From contig CM094669.1 of NCBI GenBank assembly GCA_044231675.1, forward strand, positions 2,993,643 to 3,057,642: a stretch of 64,000 nucleotides of DNA. The letters are read 5' to 3'. Position numbers and translations under genes: made by a program. The stretch comes from Synchiropus picturatus. Taxonomy: Eukaryota. Shown one piece after another: positions 26,021 through 38,700 of this stretch (its first letter is position 1; each line of letters starts with the position of its first letter). The notes beneath the pieces were generated by a model, which made no database searches, was not told the origin of the DNA, and saw only the letters and a program-made list of their open reading frames with translations.

Positions 26021-26644
26021 GATGGCGACGGAAGTGACGACAGCTCGAATATGACAGTGGTTGGCGCTTTCTGAATAAAAGCATGAGCGTCACTGTTATA
26101 TGTTCTCAGGAGTATAAATGTGTTGAATTGTTGCATGAACAGTCATTGATAATGTGTCTGTGGTTAAAAGACTTTATGTGACTGTTCATGGCCATAGTTT
26201 AAAATTAAACAATTATTATCGTCTATATTTCAATTGTGAATGAAAACGGTCGTTCAGTTGCGGATAAAAGTTCACGTCAATTTAACGATGAAAACTTCGG
26301 AAGTGCAGTGGAGGAACGCAATTGTACGCGTTGCCATAGTTACCGACGTCTCTCGTGATGAGAGAGGAAACGATTTTAAAATCGCCAAGTCAGGGCAACA
26401 AATATCGCGAATGGGATTAAAACGATGGACTTTAGCCCAGCTATGATGGTAAAGCATCAGAAACGAGTTCAGAATGGCGAGTGAAAGAAGTCACGTGGTT
26501 GCGGACCAGGTCTGGGACGATACCATCGCCACACGAACCGGATTTCTGCCCGGAATCGTGACATACCGACGAGCCAGGACACGGTGAAAGCCCGACACTG
26601 GTGAGCACACGCGCATGCACATCCATGCTCGCTCTCGCTCTCCA

Positions 26645-26684
<40 letters not shown>

Positions 26685-26706
26685 GCACACACACACGCAC
26701 ACACAC
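26645..26706. repeat. Compound (TC)n(AC)n microsatellite
   Basis: tctctctctctctctctctcacacacacacacacacacgcacacacacacgcacacacac, between the ZNF and PRRT2 5' ends. Confidence 0.95.
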
Positions 26707-27308
26707 CTCCATCTCTGGTGCAGTGGGCTGCAGCAGACTCGCTGCGTTACCACTCTGGTTCTCGTGGTTTTCAGAATCTGAGGCTTCAGGCTTTGGCAGA
26801 TCGAACCTGCTGCTGCACCAGAACATTCCATCTCTGCTGAGACGACAGGATTTACCGAACACCCCGGTGAGTGGGACGCTGCGGAGGGTGTGTCTGTCTG
26901 TGTGTGTGTGTGTCTGTCTGCATGTGGCACCGTCTAATGTCATGTGACCAGTAGTAAAGGAACCGCAGACACCATTTGTGACCGTTTGAGTGTTTGGGCT
27001 CATTTTGTATGTTTGTTTGTGCTGCTGATGCTGGAGAAACGTTTCCATGACAACAGTCTTCCCATCGATCACTCTCATTATCGCCGGACTCATCGCACTC
27101 ACTCGGCTTCCTCCTCCAGATGAGGCTGCTGTGAGGTCAGGTGATCCTCTCAGTGATCACCCGGTGACCAGCAGCCTCGGTGAGGCCCTCAGTGTTTGCT
27201 GTTTCTCGGGCAGGGTCTTGGCCAGCGTGTGTCGGGTGACGATGGACGAGGCTGACTTTTCCTAAAAGCTCATCTTCGACGCTCACCGGTCCCTTACTCC
27301 CACACCTG

Positions 27309-28088
<780 letters not shown>

Positions 28089-29177
28089 ACATCGCTCGGT
28101 CATCACTTCCTGTCACCTGACCATCACCAAGCTACACCACCGACATCCTGCTGCTCTCGCACCCTGTTGCTGAACTCTGACCTCTGTCATGTGACTGAAC
28201 ATCTGGATGGTACTTGCTGTGTTTCTGCTGTTGAACCAGAAGCATGCAGCTCAGCACCGCCCTCTGGAGGTCGCCACCTTAACACCCTCGCCAAACTGTA
28301 TAGTTTGGCTTGTGCTATTTAGCAACCATTAGCATGCTAAATGCTACACACCAGTGCCACAAAAGTACTCTTCTTAAAAGTTTACAAATAGCTAGCATGA
28401 CTAAAACGCTGCTGCAGCAACCCTCACGTTCACTCGATCACTTAAATCTAGCTCGAATGTGTCGTCACATTTTCATGAAAATGGTTCGTGGTGCTCGGTC
28501 TGGATGTTGCTGCCAACAAGTATTTACAGGAAACTAAACCTCCTGCATGTTTACATCATTTATATCATGTAGCTTTTTTGACAGCGATGCTAACATTTGT
28601 AAAAAAAAAAAATACAGTCTAAAGAAGGAAAATCCTCCATCTTTGTTTACCAGTCTCAGGCGTGGAACCTGACTGCGCCCCCTGCAGGCTGTACGTAGCA
28701 TGTTTACTAATTCATTATGCAAATGACAGAGCAAGCCTTGACCCCAGCTCTTAAGACTGCTGCACCTGCTTGAACGCTCTTCCTGCCCACGGTTGCCTGC
28801 TGCCTTTTTGTTAGTATCCTTCTCTTAAGCACTTTTTTCCTTTGCTCAAAATCCAGTTTTTTATATGAGAAAACTTTGTACTTTTACAATCTCTTCCTCT
28901 TGTATGCACAACGCTCGCTGTCAGCTGCTTCCTGTGACTCGGGCGGGTTGTTGCATGTAACATTTATCCACAAAGACTTGATGAAATAAACGTTATCTGC
29001 AAAACCCTCAATGTTTTTGTTCCAACAGACTTGGAAGCCGATATTTGCATGAAGCTCTACATATGCTTTTATTTCAGCTGGACAGGCACAGGTGAGAAAC
29101 AGGTGACAACACCTGCTGACACCACAGCAGTGACCAGTTAGCAGATGCGGTTTCGCATTTAACTTCAAGACTTCACT

Positions 29178-32100
29178 TCACTGGCCGGTGCCGGGCAGCG
29201 CCCCCAGGAGGCCGTTGGCGGTGGTAAACAGGTTGATGGGTGCCGACCCGTCTGTGATGAGGGTGGACTTGAGTCCCAGAGATTGGAGCATCTTCACCTG
29301 CAGGGGGCAACCACACATTAGACTAGTTGTTTTCAGACCCTCGCCCCCCTCCTTCCGCCCCTGGCCAGGACACACACCTGCATTTCGGGTCCGGCCCGGG
29401 CCATCTCCTTCAGTGTGTCACTGCCCAGACTCTCCACGAGCTCCCGGAACTTCTTGGCCTCGATCTGGGCCAGACGCTGCTGTTTCTCCACCTCAAGACA
29501 GTCCAGGTCCTTCTTGTAGCTGAGCTCCTGCTCCCGGGCCTGAGCCAGGCGCTGCAGTTCTGCCTCCTGCTCCACAGACAACCCCCCTGTCAGGGACATG
29601 CACCAGAGCCCTGCTGGAGCCAACCTCGGCCGGAACTCACCGCCTCGATCCGCTGAGCTTCCGCTTTCAGCTTGGCCTCATTCACCGCAGCTTCGCCCTG
29701 AATCTTCGCCGCCTCCGCCCGAGACTGAGCCTCGGCCTTGGCTGCACCGGTGCTCTCCACCGCCGCGCTTGAGGTCACATGACAACCAGGCATGAGGACG
29801 CTTACCATGTAGTCATTTAAGGTTGACTTTGACACCATCAGTCACCTGAGTGCCTCCAACTCAAGCAGCTGCTTCCTGGCGCGCTCGGCCTCCGCCTGAT
29901 CCGTGATCCTCTGGCGTTCCAGCTTTCCGCGAGCTTCCTGTTCCAGACGCTCCGCCTCATGACTGCACACACACACAGTCATCGACAAACACATAGACTC
30001 ATGCAGTCCAATCGTGTGTGCTTACCGGGCCGCGGCCTCCTGGGAGTTGGTGGTGATCTCGATGGCCAGCTGTACGCTCTTCTGCAGGGCGTCGCGGGTC
30101 CTCTGGTCGACCGGCTCCACCGACTGAATGTCGACGCTGCTGATGACCAGATTGTTCTGGGGGAAGTGGAGCCGAGGACGCACGGACATCTTCTCATCGA
30201 AGCCGAACACGGCCGAGCAGATGATGCGGTTGGAGTTCTGGGGCGGGAGCGCGTTAGCGTTAGCGACCGTGCCGGTGGGCGGGTGTCTTGGGCCATACCT
30301 TATGAAAGTCGTCAAACTGCACAGAGGCCACTGCGCCTCGGACCCGGGAGGCGATGGCTTTGCAAGCGTCACCAACAAAGTCTGGCACAGAGAAGAGCGT
30401 TGCAGCTTCGGCAGCGTCCGAGCGCTGAGGAACGTCAAAGTGCCTGTGGAGGCAGAAACACCAGCACACGCCAAGATCAGCGCAGTGCGGCCATATTGGG
30501 CATGTTTTGTCATAGTTTAGAGGACCAAGTCTTTACAAGCCACCTTCTTCTCAAGGCATTTTGACCTGTCCTCACAAGATTTAAAGGGTTAAAAACACAA
30601 GTAAAAGCAGTTAATGTAATTACCGGACTATAGAGTGCACCGGAATATTAGCCCCACCCACTAAATTTCAGAAGGAAAATGGATCTTGTTCATACATAAG
30701 CTGCAGGGGTTTGCAAGCTGTAGGTTCAGTGGTGCTGTCTGCGCCGAAGAAAGGTCAGTGGTGGACCTGGCTAAAAACACTTCTCAAAACTAGTTTTGAA
30801 AACAGGCTCCGGCATCAAGACTGGCTCAAGAAACTGTGCAATGTTCGGAACTTGAATCATGAACTCCTCACATCTTTTACACAATAAAGCCCTCAAAATG
30901 CACAGTTTTTGCCAGCATGCCCCAAGTTCCGACACCACTGCCGGCCTCAGTAGCTGCTTCTCAATTCCAGACCTCAAGGAGATGGACTTTGTTGACAGAG
31001 CTGCGGACACGCGGGCGAAAACACAGCATTTTGAGCACTTCATGGTTAAATAAAAAGCGTCGTATTTCATCGGTTTCATCGCCTCTGATTTCATCTGATT
31101 TCGGCCTGTAAAAATCAGAGCGTGCGCGTGCATGTGTACCAGTTGTAGCTCAGCTGCAGCTGCAGCCGGGCGTGGTCAGCCGTCTCAATGGTGATGATGT
31201 CCGTGCAGAAGTCCGGTCCCAGCAGCAGGCAGATGGCTTTAATCACGTTGGGTCGCTTGGGTTTATCTCCAGACAGGGACAGAACAGTGAACTGCTCGTC
31301 CGGGCCGAGCATCACCATCTCGGGTCCAAACACCACCCTGAGGAGCAGGGCAGAACCGGGTCAACGGCCCAGCTCAGTCACCCTGGAAGGCCAGGACTCA
31401 CCTCGCTTTCTTCTCGCGATAGTCATAGACCTGCACAGCAGCGTTGTGCGGGACCCTGTAGGAGACCACCCGGGTCCGGTCTCGCTCTACCACCTGGGGG
31501 GCCCGGTTGCGGTTCGAGCGGTCAGCCAGGGGATCTTTCTGGGACGACAGCAGCTCCTCCACATTGTCAGGGAGGATCTTCTGCCAGAGCTCCTCGTCCT
31601 GTGTCAGCATGTAGGTGTGACCGATGACCGCGCGCACCTGAGAACAGGAAGTGATGTCACTGGTGTTCAACAGCAGCTGCCAACCGTCGCCGCCGCACCT
31701 TGCCAGTCTTCATATCTCTGACGTAGATTCCTTCATTCTCGTCAAGCGGGATGGCCGTGCGCCGCAGTACCACCTCCACGCAGGCAGGGGGCACATACTC
31801 GATGGGCCCCCGCAGCATCCAGCGATCTCCTGGGCGCCGCAGGATGCCACGCCGGGAGCGTTTGCTCCTGGCCTCCTCTTCCTCCTCTTCCTCCTCCTCT
31901 CCATCATACTGACAGAGAGAACGGGGGAGAGACGGGAGGAGGGGGGAGAGAAGGTTCAACATGGTGATGCATTGAAGTGAGGGAGGCGGGGAAGACGGAA
32001 GAGGAGGTGAAGGAGAAAGAGGAGATGAAGGAGCAGGAAGAGATGAATGGGGGTAGAAGCCGATCTGGGACAGGGGTGAGGAGAGAAGGAGGAAGAAGAA

Positions 32101-33853
32101 AGGTGGAGGAGAAGCAGGGGTCAGGGATGCTTCCATGTCAGTGAGATTTGTCCTCAGGAGAGCTCCAGTTCCACTCTTCTCGTGACCTGAGATCCTTCTC
32201 GCTCAGTCCAGGAGATGTTGCATAGTCAGAAAACGTGAAAAGGTTCAATAGTGGGGTCTCAGTTCTGGATGCTTCGAGTTTAGGGTTAGAAAGGGACACG
32301 TGGACCGCGCCATTACCCTGGTGGAGATGAGGTGGCACCCGGAGGTCGGCCCACACCACGACTCACCTGGTCGGTGAAGGCCTGGATGGCCCGCAGCACC
32401 AGCCCCTCTTCCTCCGACAGCACGTAAACATCCTGAATCCCGGACTCCAGCGTCTCCCCGGGCTGCAGGAAGAAGGAGCGCTCGCCCTGCGCACAGTGAT
32501 GACATCACCGCTCAGTTTCCGGGCCTCTTCGGGTCAGCAGGCTGGCTCACCTTCACCACCCTCTTCTGGCCCAGCTGGGGCTTCCCATCTGGCCCGACCG
32601 GGTCCAGGATCACACAGTACTGACGGCTGCTCAGCGTGGTCACGTTCACCACGTCCACCACTTCCTCTGACACCGACGGGATGTGGGCCTCGCTGTCAGC
32701 CATGGTGACCAGCCACTCCTCTCCGGTGCGTCGCTGCCGCCCACCGCCATCTTTGAAGGGACGCAGGGCGCGAACGTGCAGCGCTTTCTAGAGACGGGCG
32801 CCCGTGTGAGTCCACACCATCGGCACATCGACCGACACAAGTGCGACACCGACCTTGTCTGTCAAGATGAAGGCGTTAACGATGTCGATGACCTCCTCGT
32901 GGGCTCCAGGCAGGTACGCCCCCACCTTCCGGACCAGCCACTCCTCACCTGACACACCGTGAGCTGGTTAGCTCTGAGTCACATGACCCGCCGCTGCCGG
33001 CGCTGAGCTCACCGGTCACTCTGGACACGCCACTGCGGTCCACCCCCTCTTTGCGTGCACGAAGTCTGATGGCCTGATGCTCCCGGATGACGGTGGCCTT
33101 CACCGTCTCCAGAACCGCCACCTCCTTCCTGGGGATGTATGTCCCTGCAGCACCAGAATCACAGTCACATTTGGCACCAGAAAACCAGGGTCAGGTCACG
33201 GCACACACCTGGTCCCTCGAACAGCCACTCGTCACCAGCCACTCTGGTCTCGCCACCGCCGTCCGCGAAGTCCAGCAGCGCCTGCAGGCGCAGCGCCGTG
33301 TCCGGGAAGACAATCTGGAGCGCTGTCACCGCCTGTTGCACACACAGAGACGCTCAGACAGACTGGCCCACCTCGCCAGCGGAATGCAGCTCTGGTACCT
33401 GCTGGATCTCCTCTCCCGGGTAAAGGGGGAACGGGTCTTGGGTCAGGCGGATCTCCAAGTCTGCATGACGAAGCTTGGCCTGACCGGCCTCGTCGAAGAG
33501 AATCTGGCCGTCTGCGTTGCGAGCGGCTGGGTTGAGGACCACGCAGTAGTGTCGCGGCGGGACCATGACCATCCGTACCGGGGGGAACAGAACCCTGGGG
33601 AACCAGACGCCTCGCTTAGCTCAGCCAGCTAAAGCAAGCTTGTTTGTCGTGGGGCGAAAGCTCGGCCATGTTTGATGACCTCATCATGAGAATTAACCTC
33701 TGACCTCTCATTGTCTTGGCGGATGTAGGTGAGCGGGCCGATCTGCACCCGGGCAATGTTGGTGTTCTGGTCCAGGACATGGATGTAGTGGTGGGGGGGG
33801 ATGCGGATGATGGACTCCCCCTCGTAGCCGGGTCTTCCCGTGCTCTTTGACAT
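29178..33853 (-). CDS. mvp: Major vault protein (MVP), about 15 coding exons. Last exon 29178-29297. ATG approximately 33853-33851 ([30 protein letters not shown]...).
   Basis: Long collinear identity to human MVP across many exons. N-terminus: [38 protein letters not shown]; [55 protein letters not shown]. Vault repeats: [46 protein letters not shown]; [11 protein letters not shown]...[43 protein letters not shown]; [30 protein letters not shown]...[25 protein letters not shown]; [61 protein letters not shown]. Shoulder and cap-helix: [33 protein letters not shown]...[38 protein letters not shown]; ...MARAGPEMQ|[32 protein letters not shown]...*. Most internal exon coordinates are not given. 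Confidence 0.95.
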
Positions 33854-35780
33854 TGTTGACACTGGGGTTGAACAAACACCAGGATCAGACCGGGTCACCT
33901 GACCTCGGCAAACACAAAGTTGAGAGATTCATCAGTTGCACTCACACCAGAGTGATCGAGTGAATCGCTGAGTGGCAGCTGACCTCTGCCCTCCTCCTGA
34001 CACACCTGAGCTGATCACCTCACCTGTCTGTTCAAACAGCCCACGCCTCTGCTGCAACACTGTGCGTCACCACCACCGCTGTCACTCAACAGAGTGAGAG
34101 ACTCCGGCGAGAAATGGGACATTCAAGGGCTCGGTTGTCATTTAAATGTAGACGCTTCGCACTGTCACACGCAGTTAAACTTTTAAGGTGGTTAACTTAA
34201 TAAAACCTGCTCGTTGATATCAAATGGTTTTTTTTTTTGTTTTTTTAGCGTGATGCGCTGCGCAGAAAGGCCAGGCGAAGCGGCACTAAATGTAATTTAA
34301 TCATCCATCCTGTTGGTTTGGTTTTGCAGCGTTCGGAACCACTTCCTGATGTTCCGGGCCAGGTTTTTGACGGCATCACTTCCTGGTATAAACTGCGAAC
34401 TTCGAACCGGACGATAAACCTGCACAGAAACTCTTCCCACCTGCTTTTATTTGATTTGAAGCAACAAGAACTGAGTTTATTCTTCTGTTCCTAAAATGTC
34501 TGCAGACAGAAACATCTGGAAACGGCAGAGTCCCGTGCGTTTCTTTCGATTCTCCCGATGACGCACATGAAATGCGGACACTCATTAATTATAGTTTGAT
34601 TCTAAACTCGCCACGAGAAAAGTTCCTTGTTGCGCCTGGAAACATTTCAACCCAAGTCCAACACTGAAGACAGGAATCGCATTTTTCCATGAAGCACGCC
34701 TTACACTCACAGGTTTTCCAGCGGAGTTCAGTGGAGGTGAAGCGTCAGTTGTTCGCCGGGAGGCAGGCGATTCACACCGACCTCAAGTTGCGCAGCTCCG
34801 GGTAAAGAAGACGGGCTGGTGGGCGTGGTCGGGGCGTGACGTCTTCCCGGAAAAATCATGACAGGTCACGTGGTCTGCGGAATGCGGTTCTGCTGCGTCA
34901 CGCACGCACCACTTGTTTGAGTCAAAACCCGCCCCAGACCCACGCAAAAACATAAGAATACGAAATTACCATTTTAGACCATAAAAAGGCACGTGATACT
35001 TGTACATATTTGTTCATTTCCCAGGTCACCGTGGAAACGGTAGACACAGCTGCCACCAGCGGGCGGCGCCAAAGTGACAAAACAGCTGCCGTGAAATCTT
35101 TTCTCTTTATTCATGAGGACGTAAATAGAGTTATATATTAAAATGTGTAATTATGACGTAAATATTATCTTACACGAGTGGACAGCAAGGGTCACGTGAC
35201 TCAGGAATTGTATGAAAACACACAGACAAAATGTCATACAAAGAACTTTGGTTGATTCTCTGCTTGGTTACTTGAGCTGTTTTGTATAAAATTCTTTAAA
35301 AACTTCCCTTTAAAAACTGGATTTTCACAAAACTCACTCAGACGATCGATAAACATCTGAAGTTAAATAAAGTAGAGTTGGTCGTTAGTAATTTCAGTCA
35401 GACATCATGTTAAAAAGCAAATAAAATGATGAAAACAGAATATACATGAGGAAACTCACCAGTTCAGCTGAAGAAGCATTTCTATAAATCAAGCTCTATA
35501 AATCAGATGTCAGTCGCACTGTAGGGTTAATCAAGTGGATCAGTTCTCGGGCATCTATTTTGACTTGAGCACCAGTTGGTCGCCGGGACAGGAAGTGACA
35601 TCATGCAGCAATATGAAGACAACGCTTGTCTATAAAATAAATATTTGCATTCTTGTATAAAAGGACGGAGCTTGTTCTGGATTAATGTGCTGACAACACA
35701 CTGGCGCCACAGGGATCTGCCCACGCACATTTTCGGCATCAACTTCCTGAGTTCGATAAGTCTGTTTCTCCGAAGGACGG

Positions 35781-38700
35781 TCACTCCAACATGGCGTCCA
35801 GCTGGTCAGCGAGGTCGTCAAACATGTTCCCGATGTCGTCCAGGATGTTTCCCGCCGACTTGACCACGTTGGCCCTGCAGGTGACAACAAATGTTAGAGC
35901 TGCACTCGAAGGTGGTGAGGTTGGTGCTCACCCTCCCGAGTCGTCCAGGGTCCTCTCCACCGCCTTCAAGGCCTCGGCCAGCGAACTACTGGTTTGCTCC
36001 AGTCGCTGCTGCACCACTGTGTCCCCTGGATCCAGCTGAGGAAGAGGGGATGGGCTGGGAGACGGGGGGGCGGGAGAGGCAGGTCCGCGGCAGGGAGACG
36101 GTGGAGAACTGAAGGCCAGACTCTGCACCAGACTGACTGTCACTGGCGGGGCAGTGATGCCTCCTGCAGGGCAGAAGTTCAGGTTCAACAAACAGATGTC
36201 GCTGCTGTGGCTCAGGTCAAAGATCATCTCAGAATAACCTGAGTCAACAACCAGGTGGTTACCTTGAGCTGCCAGCAGACTGTGTCTCGCTGGTTTGGGA
36301 GCGACGACAGGAGGTTTCGGGGACAGCGGAGGTCTGACGCTGGACTCTGTTGCGGCACTGTTGGGACCCTCACCAGGTCTTGGGCTGACCCTGTCCTGAG
36401 ACTCTTCCCCTTCCCAGCAGGGTGAGCCGTCCTTGTCTTTGGTTCGGTGACGCCGCTTCACCGTGTCCGACTCCGTCAGATTAAACTCTGGGTTCCGGGT
36501 GGCGAGCTTCTCCAGTGGCTCAAGCACGTCCTCTGCCCGCGGTGGCGCCGGTGCTTTGGGCCGCTGCTTGATGGTCAGGTTCCCCTCCTCAGCGAAGGGA
36601 ATGCACTCGCTGGAGCTATGCTGTGGCGAAGAGGATCCTTCGATGCGGACTTGCTTGGGTTCCTCCTCCTCAGAGTCAGACTTGACCCCGCGGTCCAAGC
36701 GGGAGGCGTCGGTCTGGACACAATCGCTGTTGATCCGCCTCCTGGGCCCGCCCACCTCGGACAAGGACGGTTCCTGCTGCTGAGGGTCCGTTTTTTCCTC
36801 TTCGTCGAAGCTGCTCTCCAGAGACGCTGCACTGTTCTGGCCACTTCCTGGGCCGTCCGTCACAACACCCCCGGGGGAGGCGGAGCTGCTGTCACTCAGG
36901 TCGACGCTTGCGCCGCTACTCACGGAGCTCAGCCTCTTGGGTGGAGGCGGAGGAGGGCCTTTCTTGCGAGCGCGCACGGCGAAGGACTGGCTCCGACCCA
37001 CCCCGCCACCGGACTTCTCCGGACTGGACTGTAACCGAGCACCGTGACTCCGGTTGGGCCTCCGAGTCAGCGTGGCATAGGACGGCAGGTTGGCTGGAGG
37101 AAGGGCCTGCTCTTCGTCATCGTCGTCTGGCTCTCCGTCCGACAGAGCGTAGCGGCTCGCGCTCTGACTGCGCTTCTTGGGCGGTGCAAGCGCGCCGGCG
37201 TGGTGAGACTGCAGGTAGTTAAAACCCTTCGGTGCTGGAGATGCGAGGGGGGAGGAGCCACAGGAGCCGGCGAGTCTGGGTTTGGCGGGCAAGGCCGGGT
37301 ACTTGAAGACCGTTGCTGTCCCCAGAGGAACCTGCTTGGCCCTCTGGTCCCAGCCCTCAGGGAGGCTCCGCTCCTTGGCAGGACTTGAGTCCAGACTCTC
37401 CTGGGACCAGCTGTGGGGGCTGACAGAGGCAGTGGGAGGGTCCTGGGAGCGGCCAGATCCTCTGGAGCGGGAGTCAATGCTGTCCTGGCTCTGAGAGAGC
37501 CCTACCGCCTTCTTCATGTCTTCGCAGCCGGCGTAGCGGCTGCACATGGCGGCCTGCAGCTCAGAGCTCAGCTCACTGTCCTGGAAGGTCAGCATCTGCG
37601 GGGTGCGAGGGGACGGCGCATCAGCGCCCCCTTCTGAAGACTCAATGGCCACCAGGTGAAGCGAGCCAGGGCCTTTGCGCCGCAGAGTGCCGTGACCCGA
37701 CTCCGCCTGCCCAGCTGCCCGATGGATGTCGCAGAGCTTCTTCACTGCCAGCATCATCTTCTTCTGGTGACCTGCAGGGGGCAGACTTTCACTACATGGC
37801 GACCGGTCGAAAATTCAATCTCAGGCAACCGATCCTGACCCAGTTTGGTGACTCCGATCTCCTGCAGGTCCTCCCAAGTCAGGTCCTTGACTATACCAAT
37901 GGTGTCATAGCCATTCTCCGCCAGATGCTGCTGGTACTGCGGCAGCCCAATAGAGCAGAGCCACTCGCCCAGGTCTGACTGCGGAGGAAGCAGAACCTGG
38001 TCAGGTGCGACGTCGGCGCTTCAGGCCGAGTGGGTCTCACCGGGATGAAGTCCGGCAACCACTCTGGAATGTTCAGGTTGTTGATCTCGATGGAAATCTT
38101 CTTGCGGTGACCCGGTTTGGTGACACCAATGGCGGTCAGGTCCTGAAGCACAGCGAGACAAGGTCACACAGGGCTGTGAGGACACGTGTGTGTGTGTGTG
38201 TCAGGTGGGAGATCACCTCAGGCGTCATGCGACTGATGGTTGGGACGTCGTATCCAGCATTCAGGAAGTTCCTCGTGTATTGATCCAGTTGGAAGTCGCT
38301 CAGCCACTGATAGATGGCCTCGGCATCCTGCCACACACACACTATTAGACGCAGTCCTGGCAGGGTGCCGCATCTCCTACCTTGCCCTCCAGCAGATCCC
38401 CGGGTCGCACACTCTGCTGACAGAAACTAGGATCCGCTGCTCGCTGCACCGTCACCGTGGACCTGCGGGCAGCACCACCTGCAGGGCAGGAGGAGGGTCA
38501 GCTGCTGGAGCCCAGAGTTCTGGGTCCAAAAACCTTACATACCAGTGGGAGGGTCCTTGTCTTCAGGGCCCAGAAGCGGGGACGCCGACTGCAATCGAGA
38601 CCGAAGGAGTAGTTTGTGTTGGACAAGCCTGAGTCCAGGGTTCTTACCTTGCTGATGTGACCCGGGGTGTGCGGGAGTCCGTTGGTGGGGTTGTTGCTCT

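Noticed and set aside
28100-29170. Searched for a PAGR1-like (Glu-rich) gene between PRRT2 and MVP as in human
   Set aside because: Only short, compositionally ordinary ORFs (for example 28884-29168 minus) without Glu-rich or conserved motifs. No support for a gene here.
31657-32136. Poly-Glu stretch ([15 protein letters not shown]) looked like a possible low-complexity artefact or repeat
   Set aside because: It is in frame within an MVP exon and corresponds to the acidic insert at the same position in human MVP (..EEGEDEEKVSHQAGD..). It is genuine MVP coding sequence.
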